Part shown: positions 9,135 to 16,563 of the stretch, piece after piece | How positions within the stretch are numbered: position 1 is the first letter of the stretch | How the letters are laid out: the number at the start of each line of letters is the position of its first letter | Source of the DNA: Lactobacillus phage Lb338-1 | Reading direction: 5' to 3' (one strand) | Length of the DNA: 24,000 nucleotides | Sequence record: FJ822135.1 | Position numbers and translations under genes: made by a program | The notes under the pieces: generated by a model | Told to the model about the DNA's origin: nothing | The model's database searches: none | The model's input: the letters and a program-made list of their open reading frames with translations, nothing else

Positions 9135-9281
9135 GGTAATTTCATAAAAATAAGCCAGTGTGCTTTACCTTGTTTATATTCATAGTCTTCTACTTTTTCC
9201 TGGTATTTATAGCTTGTCACAAAGAACTTAATCTGTCAACAAAAAAGCTACTGCATTTTATGCAATAGCCATTAATCTTAT

Positions 9282-11564
9282 TTATAGTAAAAGATCATAT
9301 TTTTCTCGTAGCTTTAGCAAGTTACGAACGGGATTAACATATGATGCTTCAATACCCATAAAGTAATCTAGTTTCTTAATGCTGTTTTCTTCCTCTTTAC
9401 TTTCACCAATTTCAGTACCAAAGTTTAAGCTTTGGTACCTCTTCAATTGTTCGCTCACGGGTACTGTTAGTGGTTCACCATATGCAATCTGCTTAACAAT
9501 ACGTTCCCACATATTGCGTCTAGCCTTAACTGCACTATAAATGTAGGTCTTCGCCTTAAACATATAACCAGACTCGTCTTCTAGCACAAAGCCTTCCAAC
9601 TCTTTGTTATGTGCTAGCTTCTGTAGTGAACCTCTTAAGTTGCGATTACTAATAGTCGCTATGTGCTTCTTTAAAGGCAACCCTATCTTGTCACTGATAT
9701 TTGTCAAGCTTTTATAGCTCATTTTTCTAAATATAAGGTCGTTATAAACAATATCTAGCATAACAGCTTTAGGCTTGTCAAAGTTATGAACAATGTGCGG
9801 ATCCTTTTCTTCATTAACAACCTCAAATAGCATTGTCTTGTCTTTTAATAAAGACTTAAGAAAATCTTCATGACCACGTATTTCTGACTCAACAGTTTCT
9901 TTAACTAGCTGAGCATAGGGACTAACTGGAGTATCATCGTTACCAAAAATAGACCCTTTGCTAAAGTAAATTAGCTTGTCTTGATGCGTGTCATAAGTTA
10001 ACATCCCAAGGAAACCATTATACTTTTTGTAAACATCTAAGTTCCCTTGCAGCTGTAACTTGCCCCAGCCACCTAGTTCATCAACACGAAAGAACTTATC
10101 ATAGCCTCTAGCATATACCTCATTATGGTAAGTATCAATAAACAGTCCTCTTGATCTTACCGTAAAGTCATCCCACACCTTCCCTTTAAAGGCGCTTTCG
10201 CTAAAGTTAACAGTAGCAATTCCTTTGTTTAAATGCTTAACATTAATGTAAGAATTTCGCTTAGCAGCCTCAAGATATGCATTAGGGTTAGTTAATAAAT
10301 ACTTAATCTTAGACTGGCTCGCCCATTTCATATCCTTAGCACTAAGATTAAATTCATAGTTTTTAAATTGTTTTACGGTTACTAACCCGTCTTCAACAAT
10401 AGCAACAGCTAAGTTCTTTCCCTCGTCAACCCCTTGTTCAAGGTTAACAGATGTTGACTTACCGTTTTTATAAATAGCCTTACCGTGATTTAAGTTTCGA
10501 TGACCATGAATAGACAAAATATTTACATCAGGGAAGTTACTATCAAGATCATAGCTAAAATCCCCTGTCCCGTAAATCATTTCAGATGTTGACAATTTGT
10601 TTAGTCCCAAAGGATCTTTGGTATTATAAGGATAAATACCGCCATGAGTAATATAAATTGGTTGCTTACCCTTTAAAAACACGCCTTGGTACATACTATC
10701 AATAAGGTTCTTTATTTCTTTTTCAGACACGCCAGCACGCTTTAGGGGTAAGTAGGTATTGTAATATGTGTGCCGTGGTGGGTTAACAACAGTGTTACGT
10801 ACCATGTTAGCCAAATTATAATCGTGATTACCCATAATCAAAGTTACATTATGGCGCTTAAATTTATCTTGAATAAACTTGAATGTTTCTACTGGGCGAA
10901 TACCACGATCAAACAAATCACCCACGAACACAATCATATCTTTATAGTTATCTTCAAGGCCAAGTTTATCCCATGCGTCTTTTAAAGCCTTATAAGAAGA
11001 GTGAATATCGCCAAAAATATACAGTTTTTTATCCCCTAAATCCTCAAACTGCCACTTAATCTTATCAATAGCATCACTAGGGTCTAGCTTAGTAACCCAA
11101 TGTGGTACAGAATGCAGAGAAATCTGTTGGAATTTATCTACTACTGCATATTCAGGGATATATTTATTGTCAGAACCGGATAAATTGCTTTTGTTTCTTT
11201 TATTAACTCGTTCTATTAATTCTTCTAATGGTACTTGAAAATCAACTACGTATACACGATAACGATATTTACGCGCTAATTCTCGATATATATTAATAGC
11301 TCGCTCAGTACCATGTGTAGCATCTATCACGGTAAACATTCCAGAACTCATACGGTATTCAAGCATCTTTAAGATTGCTTCCCAAACAGGACCATCCTTT
11401 TTGGCATTAGCGCTATAAATGCCATGCTCATTTCGCTTAGATAAAGCACCATACATAACCCGTACAGAATCTGGTGACAAAGTAAAATCTTCCAAGTTAT
11501 GTTCCCGAATCCACGTAGATTTACCAGAACCCATGGCACCTCTTAACAAAACTAATTGTCTCAT
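9282..11564 (-). CDS. tri-domain RNA repair protein: P-loop polynucleotide kinase, calcineurin-like phosphatase and Rnl1-like RNA ligase
   Basis: Kinase P-loop GAMGSGKST; metallophosphatase GDIHSSYKAL...GDLFDRG...GNHDYN; ligase KYNG motif I, EGFVL motif IV and KAKTYIY motif V. Confidence 0.9.
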   Translation of the reverse strand: MRQLVLLRGAMGSGKSTWIREHNLEDFTLSPDSVRVMYGALSKRNEHGIYSANAKKDGPVWEAILKMLEYRMSSGMFTVIDATHGTERAINIYRELARKYRYRVYVVDFQVPLEELIERVNKRNKSNLSGSDNKYIPEYAVVDKFQQISLHSVPHWVTKLDPSDAIDKIKWQFEDLGDKKLYIFGDIHSSYKALKDAWDKLGLEDNYKDMIVFVGDLFDRGIRPVETFKFIQDKFKRHNVTLIMGNHDYNLANMVRNTVVNPPRHTYYNTYLPLKRAGVSEKEIKNLIDSMYQGVFLKGKQPIYITHGGIYPYNTKDPLGLNKLSTSEMIYGTGDFSYDLDSNFPDVNILSIHGHRNLNHGKAIYKNGKSTSVNLEQGVDEGKNLAVAIVEDGLVTVKQFKNYEFNLSAKDMKWASQSKIKYLLTNPNAYLEAAKRNSYINVKHLNKGIATVNFSESAFKGKVWDDFTVRSRGLFIDTYHNEVYARGYDKFFRVDELGGWGKLQLQGNLDVYKKYNGFLGMLTYDTHQDKLIYFSKGSIFGNDDTPVSPYAQLVKETVESEIRGHEDFLKSLLKDKTMLFEVVNEEKDPHIVHNFDKPKAVMLDIVYNDLIFRKMSYKSLTNISDKIGLPLKKHIATISNRNLRGSLQKLAHNKELEGFVLEDESGYMFKAKTYIYSAVKARRNMWERIVKQIAYGEPLTVPVSEQLKRYQSLNFGTEIGESKEEENSIKKLDYFMGIEASYVNPVRNLLKLREKYDLLL

Positions 11565-11791
11565 TACTGTTTCGCCTCCTTATAAAATATCAAATATTGA
11601 TCTTCTACCTTAATGCACAAAATATTGTCACTATTTGAATGCTGCTTAGCACCGGATACTCCTTGCTTAGGAAACAAAGTGTTTGTATACCAAGTGTACC
11701 CTTTAGCAATGTCTCTAGCTTGCTTAATTGTTTCTGCTCTTTTTTCAACTAACAAAAAATGGCCTCCTTTATGTACTTTACAATACACCAT
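11564..11791 (-). CDS. hypothetical protein (75 aa)
   Basis: ORF abutting the RNA repair gene. Confidence 0.6.
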   Translation of the reverse strand: MVYCKVHKGGHFLLVEKRAETIKQARDIAKGYTWYTNTLFPKQGVSGAKQHSNSDNILCIKVEDQYLIFYKEAKQ

Positions 11792-11822
11792 AGGAGGTCA
11801 AAAGTCAATCTATATTTTGTTT

Positions 11823-12116
11823 TCAAAGTTTTACAAGAGCCTTACCAGAAATCATTTTACCAATGAGAGAAGAGTCATAACAGGCCAAAATTTTAATATC
11901 TCGTTTAATAATGTCCAGATAAACTAGATCATCTGAATAAGGTGTTCTTTTATCTACTTGATATATCAAATAGCTATTATGCGGTATTTCAAGGCTCATT
12001 TTCCCTTTCTTAGTTTCAATCTGAATGGCTGCACTATGATCAACATACTTAGATATATAAACCTTTGTCATAGTCTTTCCAACAAGCATCATATATTTTC
12101 CTTGGTAGCCCAACAC
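11823..12116 (-). CDS. hypothetical protein (97 aa)
   Basis: ORF; actual start may be an internal Met. Confidence 0.55.
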   Translation of the reverse strand: MLGYQGKYMMLVGKTMTKVYISKYVDHSAAIQIETKKGKMSLEIPHNSYLIYQVDKRTPYSDDLVYLDIIKRDIKILACYDSSLIGKMISGKALVKL

Positions 12117-12128
12117 ACTACTCCTTTA

Positions 12129-12425
12129 CTATTTCCACAATCCCATTTTTCTACCAATTAGATCTGGGTCATTAGCAACTTCTTTGCCATCCAAGAACAG
12201 TACATCAGCGGTTTCTAGTCGGTGTCCATTAGCTAATAACAGGGCACCTCCTGCCTCAACCTTAAGACTGAAATTATACCCAGCTTCATCTAGCCTAGCA
12301 ACAATGCTAAGAATTACTTTTGTCATTACTATCATCACTTTCTGGTAGCTTATATGTGGCTCTGATTTCTGAGTCTTGCAGCATTTGCTCATAGTAATCA
12401 ATGTAGCTAGATTGATTATAAGCAT
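12129..12425 (-). CDS. hypothetical protein (98 aa); start may be internal
   Basis: ORF; KVILSIVARLDEAGYNFSLKVEAGGALLLANG resembles 11823-12116 (TKVYISKYVDHSAAIQIE...GKMSLEI) in general layout only. Confidence 0.5.
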   Translation of the reverse strand: MLIINLATLITMSKCCKTQKSEPHISYQKVMIVMTKVILSIVARLDEAGYNFSLKVEAGGALLLANGHRLETADVLFLDGKEVANDPDLIGRKMGLWK

Positions 12426-12927
12426 GGATTAGAAGCCCAACCGGTGTTAAAGCAAGCAAAGGATTCGCGGGTAAGACAAATCCCATTAAAGAACCTACAA
12501 CCACAGGCAAAAGAACAAACAAATTAAACGAATTTTCCCAAATATTATCATCGTCCATACCTGCCGAGTTAATAGCTTTGCTATCCTTGAAGTATATAAA
12601 GAACATCCACATTGTAATAATTAGGGTGTGTGCTTGCATAGTATCTGCTGGCTTAACTCCGGATATAGACTCAATTCCAAAAAGTACAAGGAAATAGCTA
12701 ATCGTAACAAGTATCATTAGCCACCCTGACACTATTTCATCATTAAGCAAGGCTCTAAGTCTTTCTAGCTCTGCATTTGCTTTTGCATAGGTTCCTGGAA
12801 TCTTAACACTCACTGTTCTATGCTTAGTGTTAGTAACAATTGTATTGATAACTCCTAGTACTTCGTCATCTTGATCATCCAAATTTTTTATACCTTCCTT
12901 TTTGTTTATGCAACAAGTATAACACAA
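12307..12927 (-). CDS. predicted membrane protein
   Basis: Several hydrophobic segments (WLMILVTISYFLVLFGI, LIITMWMFFIYF, LFVLLPVVVGSLMGFVLP). Confidence 0.7.
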   Translation of the reverse strand: MCYTCCINKKEGIKNLDDQDDEVLGVINTIVTNTKHRTVSVKIPGTYAKANAELERLRALLNDEIVSGWLMILVTISYFLVLFGIESISGVKPADTMQAHTLIITMWMFFIYFKDSKAINSAGMDDDNIWENSFNLFVLLPVVVGSLMGFVLPANPLLALTPVGLLIHAYNQSSYIDYYEQMLQDSEIRATYKLPESDDSNDKSNS

Positions 12928-13017
12928 GACACATTGAAAAACAAGCTATAAAAATAGGGAGATTTAATCCCCCCTATTCTCTGCAGCATATTATTACTTA
13001 AGACTTTTAATATTCTT

Positions 13018-13638
13018 CTAGTATGCATATTCGCGTTTCTGCATGCTATTAATTCTTGACTCAAGAAAAGTGATTTCATTTAGGACATCTGCTGCCTCTG
13101 TTGGCTCTGCTGATTTTCTGGACTCTTCATCAAGATTAATTCCTCGGATTGTATTAATAATAGCTAAAGAGAGTACATTTACCTGTAAGCTTTCTAAGTC
13201 ATCACTATTTAACCATAACTCATCAAGCAAGCTCTTGTAGTCAGCATTGCTTCCTGCATCATTAAGCTCATCATCAAGTCCCATTTTATAATAGTCAGTT
13301 GGATCAATTGCAAGAAGCAGAAGATACTGTGTCTCAACGGGGACTTCGTACTTAGGATCAGGTAAATCTACATCGCCAATTTCGTATAATCCAGGCTGAT
13401 CCTTTAGATAATTTTGGACAGAATTCTTAGCAAGATTTTTATCCCAAGCAAGCCATTGAAAGTAGCTTTCAACTGCCCTATAGTAACGGCTTAAAATACT
13501 AATTGCAGAGTTAGCTTGTTCCTTATCATGCGCATATAACCTAGCTAAATCGTAATAGCTAAACTTTAAATCTTCTAACCGCTCATCAAGCCATGTTAAT
13601 GGTACTCGTGGCGCCTTAAATTTTTCTTTTTCTTCCAT
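13018..13638 (-). CDS. hypothetical protein (206 aa)
   Basis: ORF. Confidence 0.75.
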   Translation of the reverse strand: MEEKEKFKAPRVPLTWLDERLEDLKFSYYDLARLYAHDKEQANSAISILSRYYRAVESYFQWLAWDKNLAKNSVQNYLKDQPGLYEIGDVDLPDPKYEVPVETQYLLLLAIDPTDYYKMGLDDELNDAGSNADYKSLLDELWLNSDDLESLQVNVLSLAIINTIRGINLDEESRKSAEPTEAADVLNEITFLESRINSMQKREYAY

Positions 13639-13685
13639 TGTTTTCCCTCAATCAATCAATCTATTTTACAACTCCGGAATTGTAA

Positions 13686-13742
13686 GGCGACTGTCAGGAG
13701 TCGAACCTGATTGTAGAGGCCATAAAATTGATCCTCAGTCGC
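13686..13742 (-). ncRNA. 57-nt tRNA-like element: acceptor stem and T-arm, no D-arm
   Basis: GCGACTG/CAGTCGC 7-bp acceptor and TCAGG-TTCGACT-CCTGA T-arm; only 25 nt between them. Confidence 0.5.
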
Positions 13743-14039
13743 GATGCTGTCCACTAGCCACACCCCAAATGGAATTGGTAGTCTATTTTATCGACCAGTC
13801 ATGTGACTCAGCATACGGTATTGGGTAATGTCAACCGCTTTGCCTTCTAGAAAGACTCTAACCTATGTGTTAATGTTCCTGTCAGAGAAACATTTAAATG
13901 TGGACAACAAGGACCACGAATTTAAGTCCCAGTACTCTTTGAGACTCAGAACACATGTTGTCATTTAGATAGATTTAGATAGTGTGTCAAATTGTTACTA
14001 TACAGCGCTATACCCCATTAATGCTACCATGCATTCCTA

Positions 14040-14112
14040 TTTGAGAGATGGGAATCGAACCCACGTATTACCCGCCTAATGACGGGGCGCTTTTCCATTT
14101 AGCTACTCTCAA
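14040..14112 (-). tRNA. tRNA or tRNA-like, anticodon unclear (irregular anticodon arm CCCCGTCATTAGGCGGG; CAT possible)
   Basis: TTGAGAG/CTCTCAA acceptor, GCTAAATGGAAAAGC D-arm, GTGGG-TTCGATT-CCCAT T-arm. Confidence 0.65.
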
Positions 14113-14370
14113 TCCATGCTATCCAAGACGAAGGTTTCTAAGTCCTTGGTTGCGTGCCAAGCTAATTCAGCACACCTTTGTAATCACCCGTTGTCCATGC
14201 TAGCAAACACGTAGGGCTTTACCATGTATAAAGCAAATCATAAAAATGATTGATGGCCGAGACCTGGGCTAGCGCCATCATGAGCACGTCTGCTGCTTTC
14301 CCCATATCCCATATCTATATGGAGCATTTCTGCAACGGAGGCTTTCACCCGCAGTGGAGTCAACTTCTTA

Positions 14371-14473
14371 TATCGCTGGTCGGGATTTGCACCCGACATG
14401 TTCCCTTGAACAGCCACTAAAGCATGTACCGTCTTTGGTACCGGTTCGCGTCTACCTGTTCCGCCACAGCGAT
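14371..14473 (-). ncRNA. 103-nt class-II (Leu-like) tRNA-like element with ~17 nt excess
   Basis: ATCGCTG/CAGCGAT acceptor; GTGGCGGAACAGGTAGACGCG Leu-type D-region; TGTTC-AAGG-GAACA variable-arm-like hairpin; T-arm TCGGG-TGCAAAT-CCCGA. Confidence 0.5.
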
Positions 14474-14521
14474 TTGCTCGCTCTTATCTAATTGAATACA
14501 GCAGCATAATAAACATTATAA

Positions 14522-14554
14522 AAAACCTTGCTCCCTAAAAACTAAACCCGATCC
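14522..14554 (-). repeat. 3' arm of long-range inverted repeat
   Basis: + strand AAAACCTTGCTCCCTAAAAACTAAACCCGATCC. Confidence 0.9.
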
Positions 14555-15086
14555 GTCTTTTACTCCTACCACATTATTACTACCATTATTAGGCAACTTG
14601 CCCACTTAGTCCGTGCTACAGGGAGCTACCCTATAACAACTAAGTGCTTTTAACTTGCAAGGGCGCATTCTTTGATGCCCAAATTTCAGCCTGCATTCGA
14701 TTTATTTGAATACTCCAATAGTATTGTTCTAAATTTAGCCTTGGCCTACTTTTACTAGTTTCTGGTTTTATCACGAAGCTTTTAATAGCCTCACACGGTG
14801 CCTTCCGCTTTTCATAGCTAAGGTAGTTGTAGCGTACCAGTGTTTCCCCAAGAGCTACCACAGGGGCTTGCTGGCTTATTCCCAACAGGGCGTCTATTGC
14901 CTACCCAACCAGTTCTATGCCTTATGTCACAATAACTAGCACTACCCATTAATTGACTGCTTTTACAGCCTTCCTATATGTTTCCATATATTCTGTAAGA
15001 TGCTAAAGGTATCCCTAAAAGCAACTTACGACATTACTTAGCATGGGTATCCATGACGGTGAAGCAATCACCTTATACACATGGTT

Positions 15087-15119
15087 GAATCGGATTCAGT
15101 TTTCAAGGAGCAAGGTTTT
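15087..15119 (-). repeat. 5' arm of long-range inverted repeat
   Basis: - strand AAAACCTTGCTCCTTGAAAACTGAATCCGATTC. Confidence 0.9.
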
Positions 15120-15130
15120 ACTACTTTTTA

Positions 15131-15139
15131 AGTATAACA
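15131..15139 (-). promoter_or_regulatory. extended -10 element TGTTATACT for the large RNA
   Basis: TGn immediately upstream of TATACT, placed ~10 nt before the terminal helix; no good -35. Confidence 0.5.
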
Positions 15140-15153
15140 CACTTTTACTTCTA

Positions 15154-15278
15154 ATGAACTACTCGGTCATAAATGACAAAGCTTCTAGGAACGCTGCTTA
15201 CTTACACATTAGTGACTATCACTATGTGCAGAGGTTACAGCTATTTTACTAAGGACTGTTCCAGCCCATATCAGTCGT
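15154..15278 (-). ncRNA. putative omegaRNA (reRNA) scaffold and right end of the tnpB element
   Basis: Directly 3' of tnpB; hairpins GGGCTG-GAA-CAGTCC (15253-15267) and CACAT/AGTGA-TAG-TCACT/ATGTG (15205-15228); ends ...GAGTAGTTCAT. Confidence 0.5.
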
Positions 15279-16421
15279 TTAAGCATTTAAGATATTGATA
15301 GCCGCATTAATGTCCCTGTCGTGGTGAATACCACAACGTGGACAAGTCCACTCCCTAATATCTAAGGTATGCTTACCGTCATCATAACCACAGCTAGAAC
15401 ATATCTGACTTGTCTTTCTAGGGTTTACAGTGACTAACTGTTTCCCATACCATAAGCACTTGTATTCTAGCTGTCTTCTAAGTTCCCGCCAACTTGCATT
15501 AGCTATTGCTCTAGACAACTTGTGGTTCTTAAGAAGATTCTTGGTTTTCAAATCTTCTATCTTGATTATATCATACTGCTCTACCAGTTGTCTAGTTAGC
15601 AAATGCAAGTAGTTACTTCTTTGGTTAGCTATTTTTTCTGAATACTTAGCAACCAGGTGCTTAGCCTTAAGATAGTTGCTGAAATCATTTAGTCCCCGTG
15701 GCTCTAACACCTTATTGTGCTTATCCCAAGCAATCTCCCTTTGAGCTTGTAGCCTTCGCCTAGCTAACCGTTTCTCCCAATAATGCTTCTTCTTAGCTAA
15801 GATTTTGTCAAACCTAATAGTAGGGTACTTCACTCCATCACTAGTAATCATAAGATCAGCTAAACCCATATCAATACCTACAGACTTATCAGTCTTGCTT
15901 AGTGTTTGATTTTCGCACTCAGCAATCAGTACAAGATAGTATTTGCCAGTAGGAGTAAGCTTAATTGTTCCTAGCTTAATCTTGCTAATTTCTTCTAGTT
16001 TTTTGCTGCTTCCTTTAAACTTCATATAGCCTAATTTTGGAAACTTAACCTTATTTCCCACAATCCGAATGGGGTGATTTGTTTGGTAGCTTTGCTTAGG
16101 GTACTTCTTGGATTTAAACTTAGGAAATCCTTTATGGGTTTTAAAGAACTTCTTGTAAGCATCAACTAAGTTTTTACAGGTTATCTGTAAACTTTTGCTT
16201 TCAGCATCCTTAAGCCAATGATACTCCCGCTTCATTGTGGGTAACAAGTTATTCAAAGTAAAGGCACTTGGAAAAGGTAGCTTAGGGTTATTAGCATATC
16301 TTTCTTGTAGCATACCCAGCATCTGGTTCCAAACAAAACGATTATAGCCAAAGTTAAGCTTAATACTCGTTTGCTGTTCTTTACTAGGATATATTCTTAG
16401 CTTTATTCCTTTTAATACCAT
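15279..16421 (-). CDS. tnpB: IS200/IS605-family TnpB (RNA-guided nuclease), apparently catalytically complete
   Basis: RuvC-I VGIDMGLADL, RuvC-II KIEDL, zinc finger CSSCGY...CPRCG, RuvC-III DRDINAAINI. Confidence 0.95.
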   Translation of the reverse strand: MVLKGIKLRIYPSKEQQTSIKLNFGYNRFVWNQMLGMLQERYANNPKLPFPSAFTLNNLLPTMKREYHWLKDAESKSLQITCKNLVDAYKKFFKTHKGFPKFKSKKYPKQSYQTNHPIRIVGNKVKFPKLGYMKFKGSSKKLEEISKIKLGTIKLTPTGKYYLVLIAECENQTLSKTDKSVGIDMGLADLMITSDGVKYPTIRFDKILAKKKHYWEKRLARRRLQAQREIAWDKHNKVLEPRGLNDFSNYLKAKHLVAKYSEKIANQRSNYLHLLTRQLVEQYDIIKIEDLKTKNLLKNHKLSRAIANASWRELRRQLEYKCLWYGKQLVTVNPRKTSQICSSCGYDDGKHTLDIREWTCPRCGIHHDRDINAAINILNA

Positions 16422-16477
16422 TAGTATATTACCCTAAAAGATTATGGGATTGTCCTCCTTTCTTTATCTATGTACAA

Positions 16478-16549
16478 TGTTTCCATCCGGACTCGAACCG
16501 GAATTAACGGTTTAGGAAACCGGTAAACTATCCATTGTTCTATGGAAAC
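16478..16549 (-). tRNA. tRNA-Arg(CCT)
   Basis: GTTTCCA/TGGAAAC acceptor; loop TTCCTAA; T-arm TCCGG-TTCGAGT-CCGGA; 72 nt. Confidence 0.9.
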
Positions 16550-16563
16550 ATTAATAAGTAATA

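Larger units (their letters stand above)
14519..15125 (-). ncRNA. large structured noncoding RNA candidate (~600 nt), ROOL/GOLLD-like architecture
   Basis: 33-bp terminal helix (15087-15119 with 14522-14554) with 5 G.U wobbles; T6 run after 3' strand; extended -10 at 5' edge; internal helices; no credible protein gene. Confidence 0.75.
15154..16460 (-). mobile_element. tnpA-less IS200/IS605-like element (approximate limits)
   Basis: tnpB plus downstream RNA; no Y1 transposase in window; left end not resolved. Confidence 0.5.

Noticed and set aside
13671-13690. Terminator or operator at the TTACAATTCCGGAGTTGTAA palindrome
   Set aside because: No T-tract after it on the minus strand; a role as operator or processing hairpin is possible but unsupported.
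13743-14370. Group I or group II intron
   Set aside because: No recognisable P7/P3 core or domain V sequence was found; an Infernal search would be needed to exclude this fully.
13686-14473. Phage tmRNA
   Set aside because: Adjacent acceptor arms at 13686-13742 close on themselves, no 5' partner with a tmRNA-type D-loop was found, and no tag ORF is evident.
14640-14885. 81-aa minus-strand ORF
   Set aside because: Lies entirely inside the structured RNA candidate, has no convincing RBS and covers several helices; most likely spurious.
14521-15119. Terminal inverted repeats of a transposon or integron-like element
   Set aside because: The arms flank no gene, show no target-site duplication, and their differences are specifically G.U-compatible on one strand, which fits RNA structure better than DNA transposase ends.
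15043-15252. 69-aa plus-strand ORF
   Set aside because: Antisense to the terminal helix and the omegaRNA region; all supported genes are on the minus strand.
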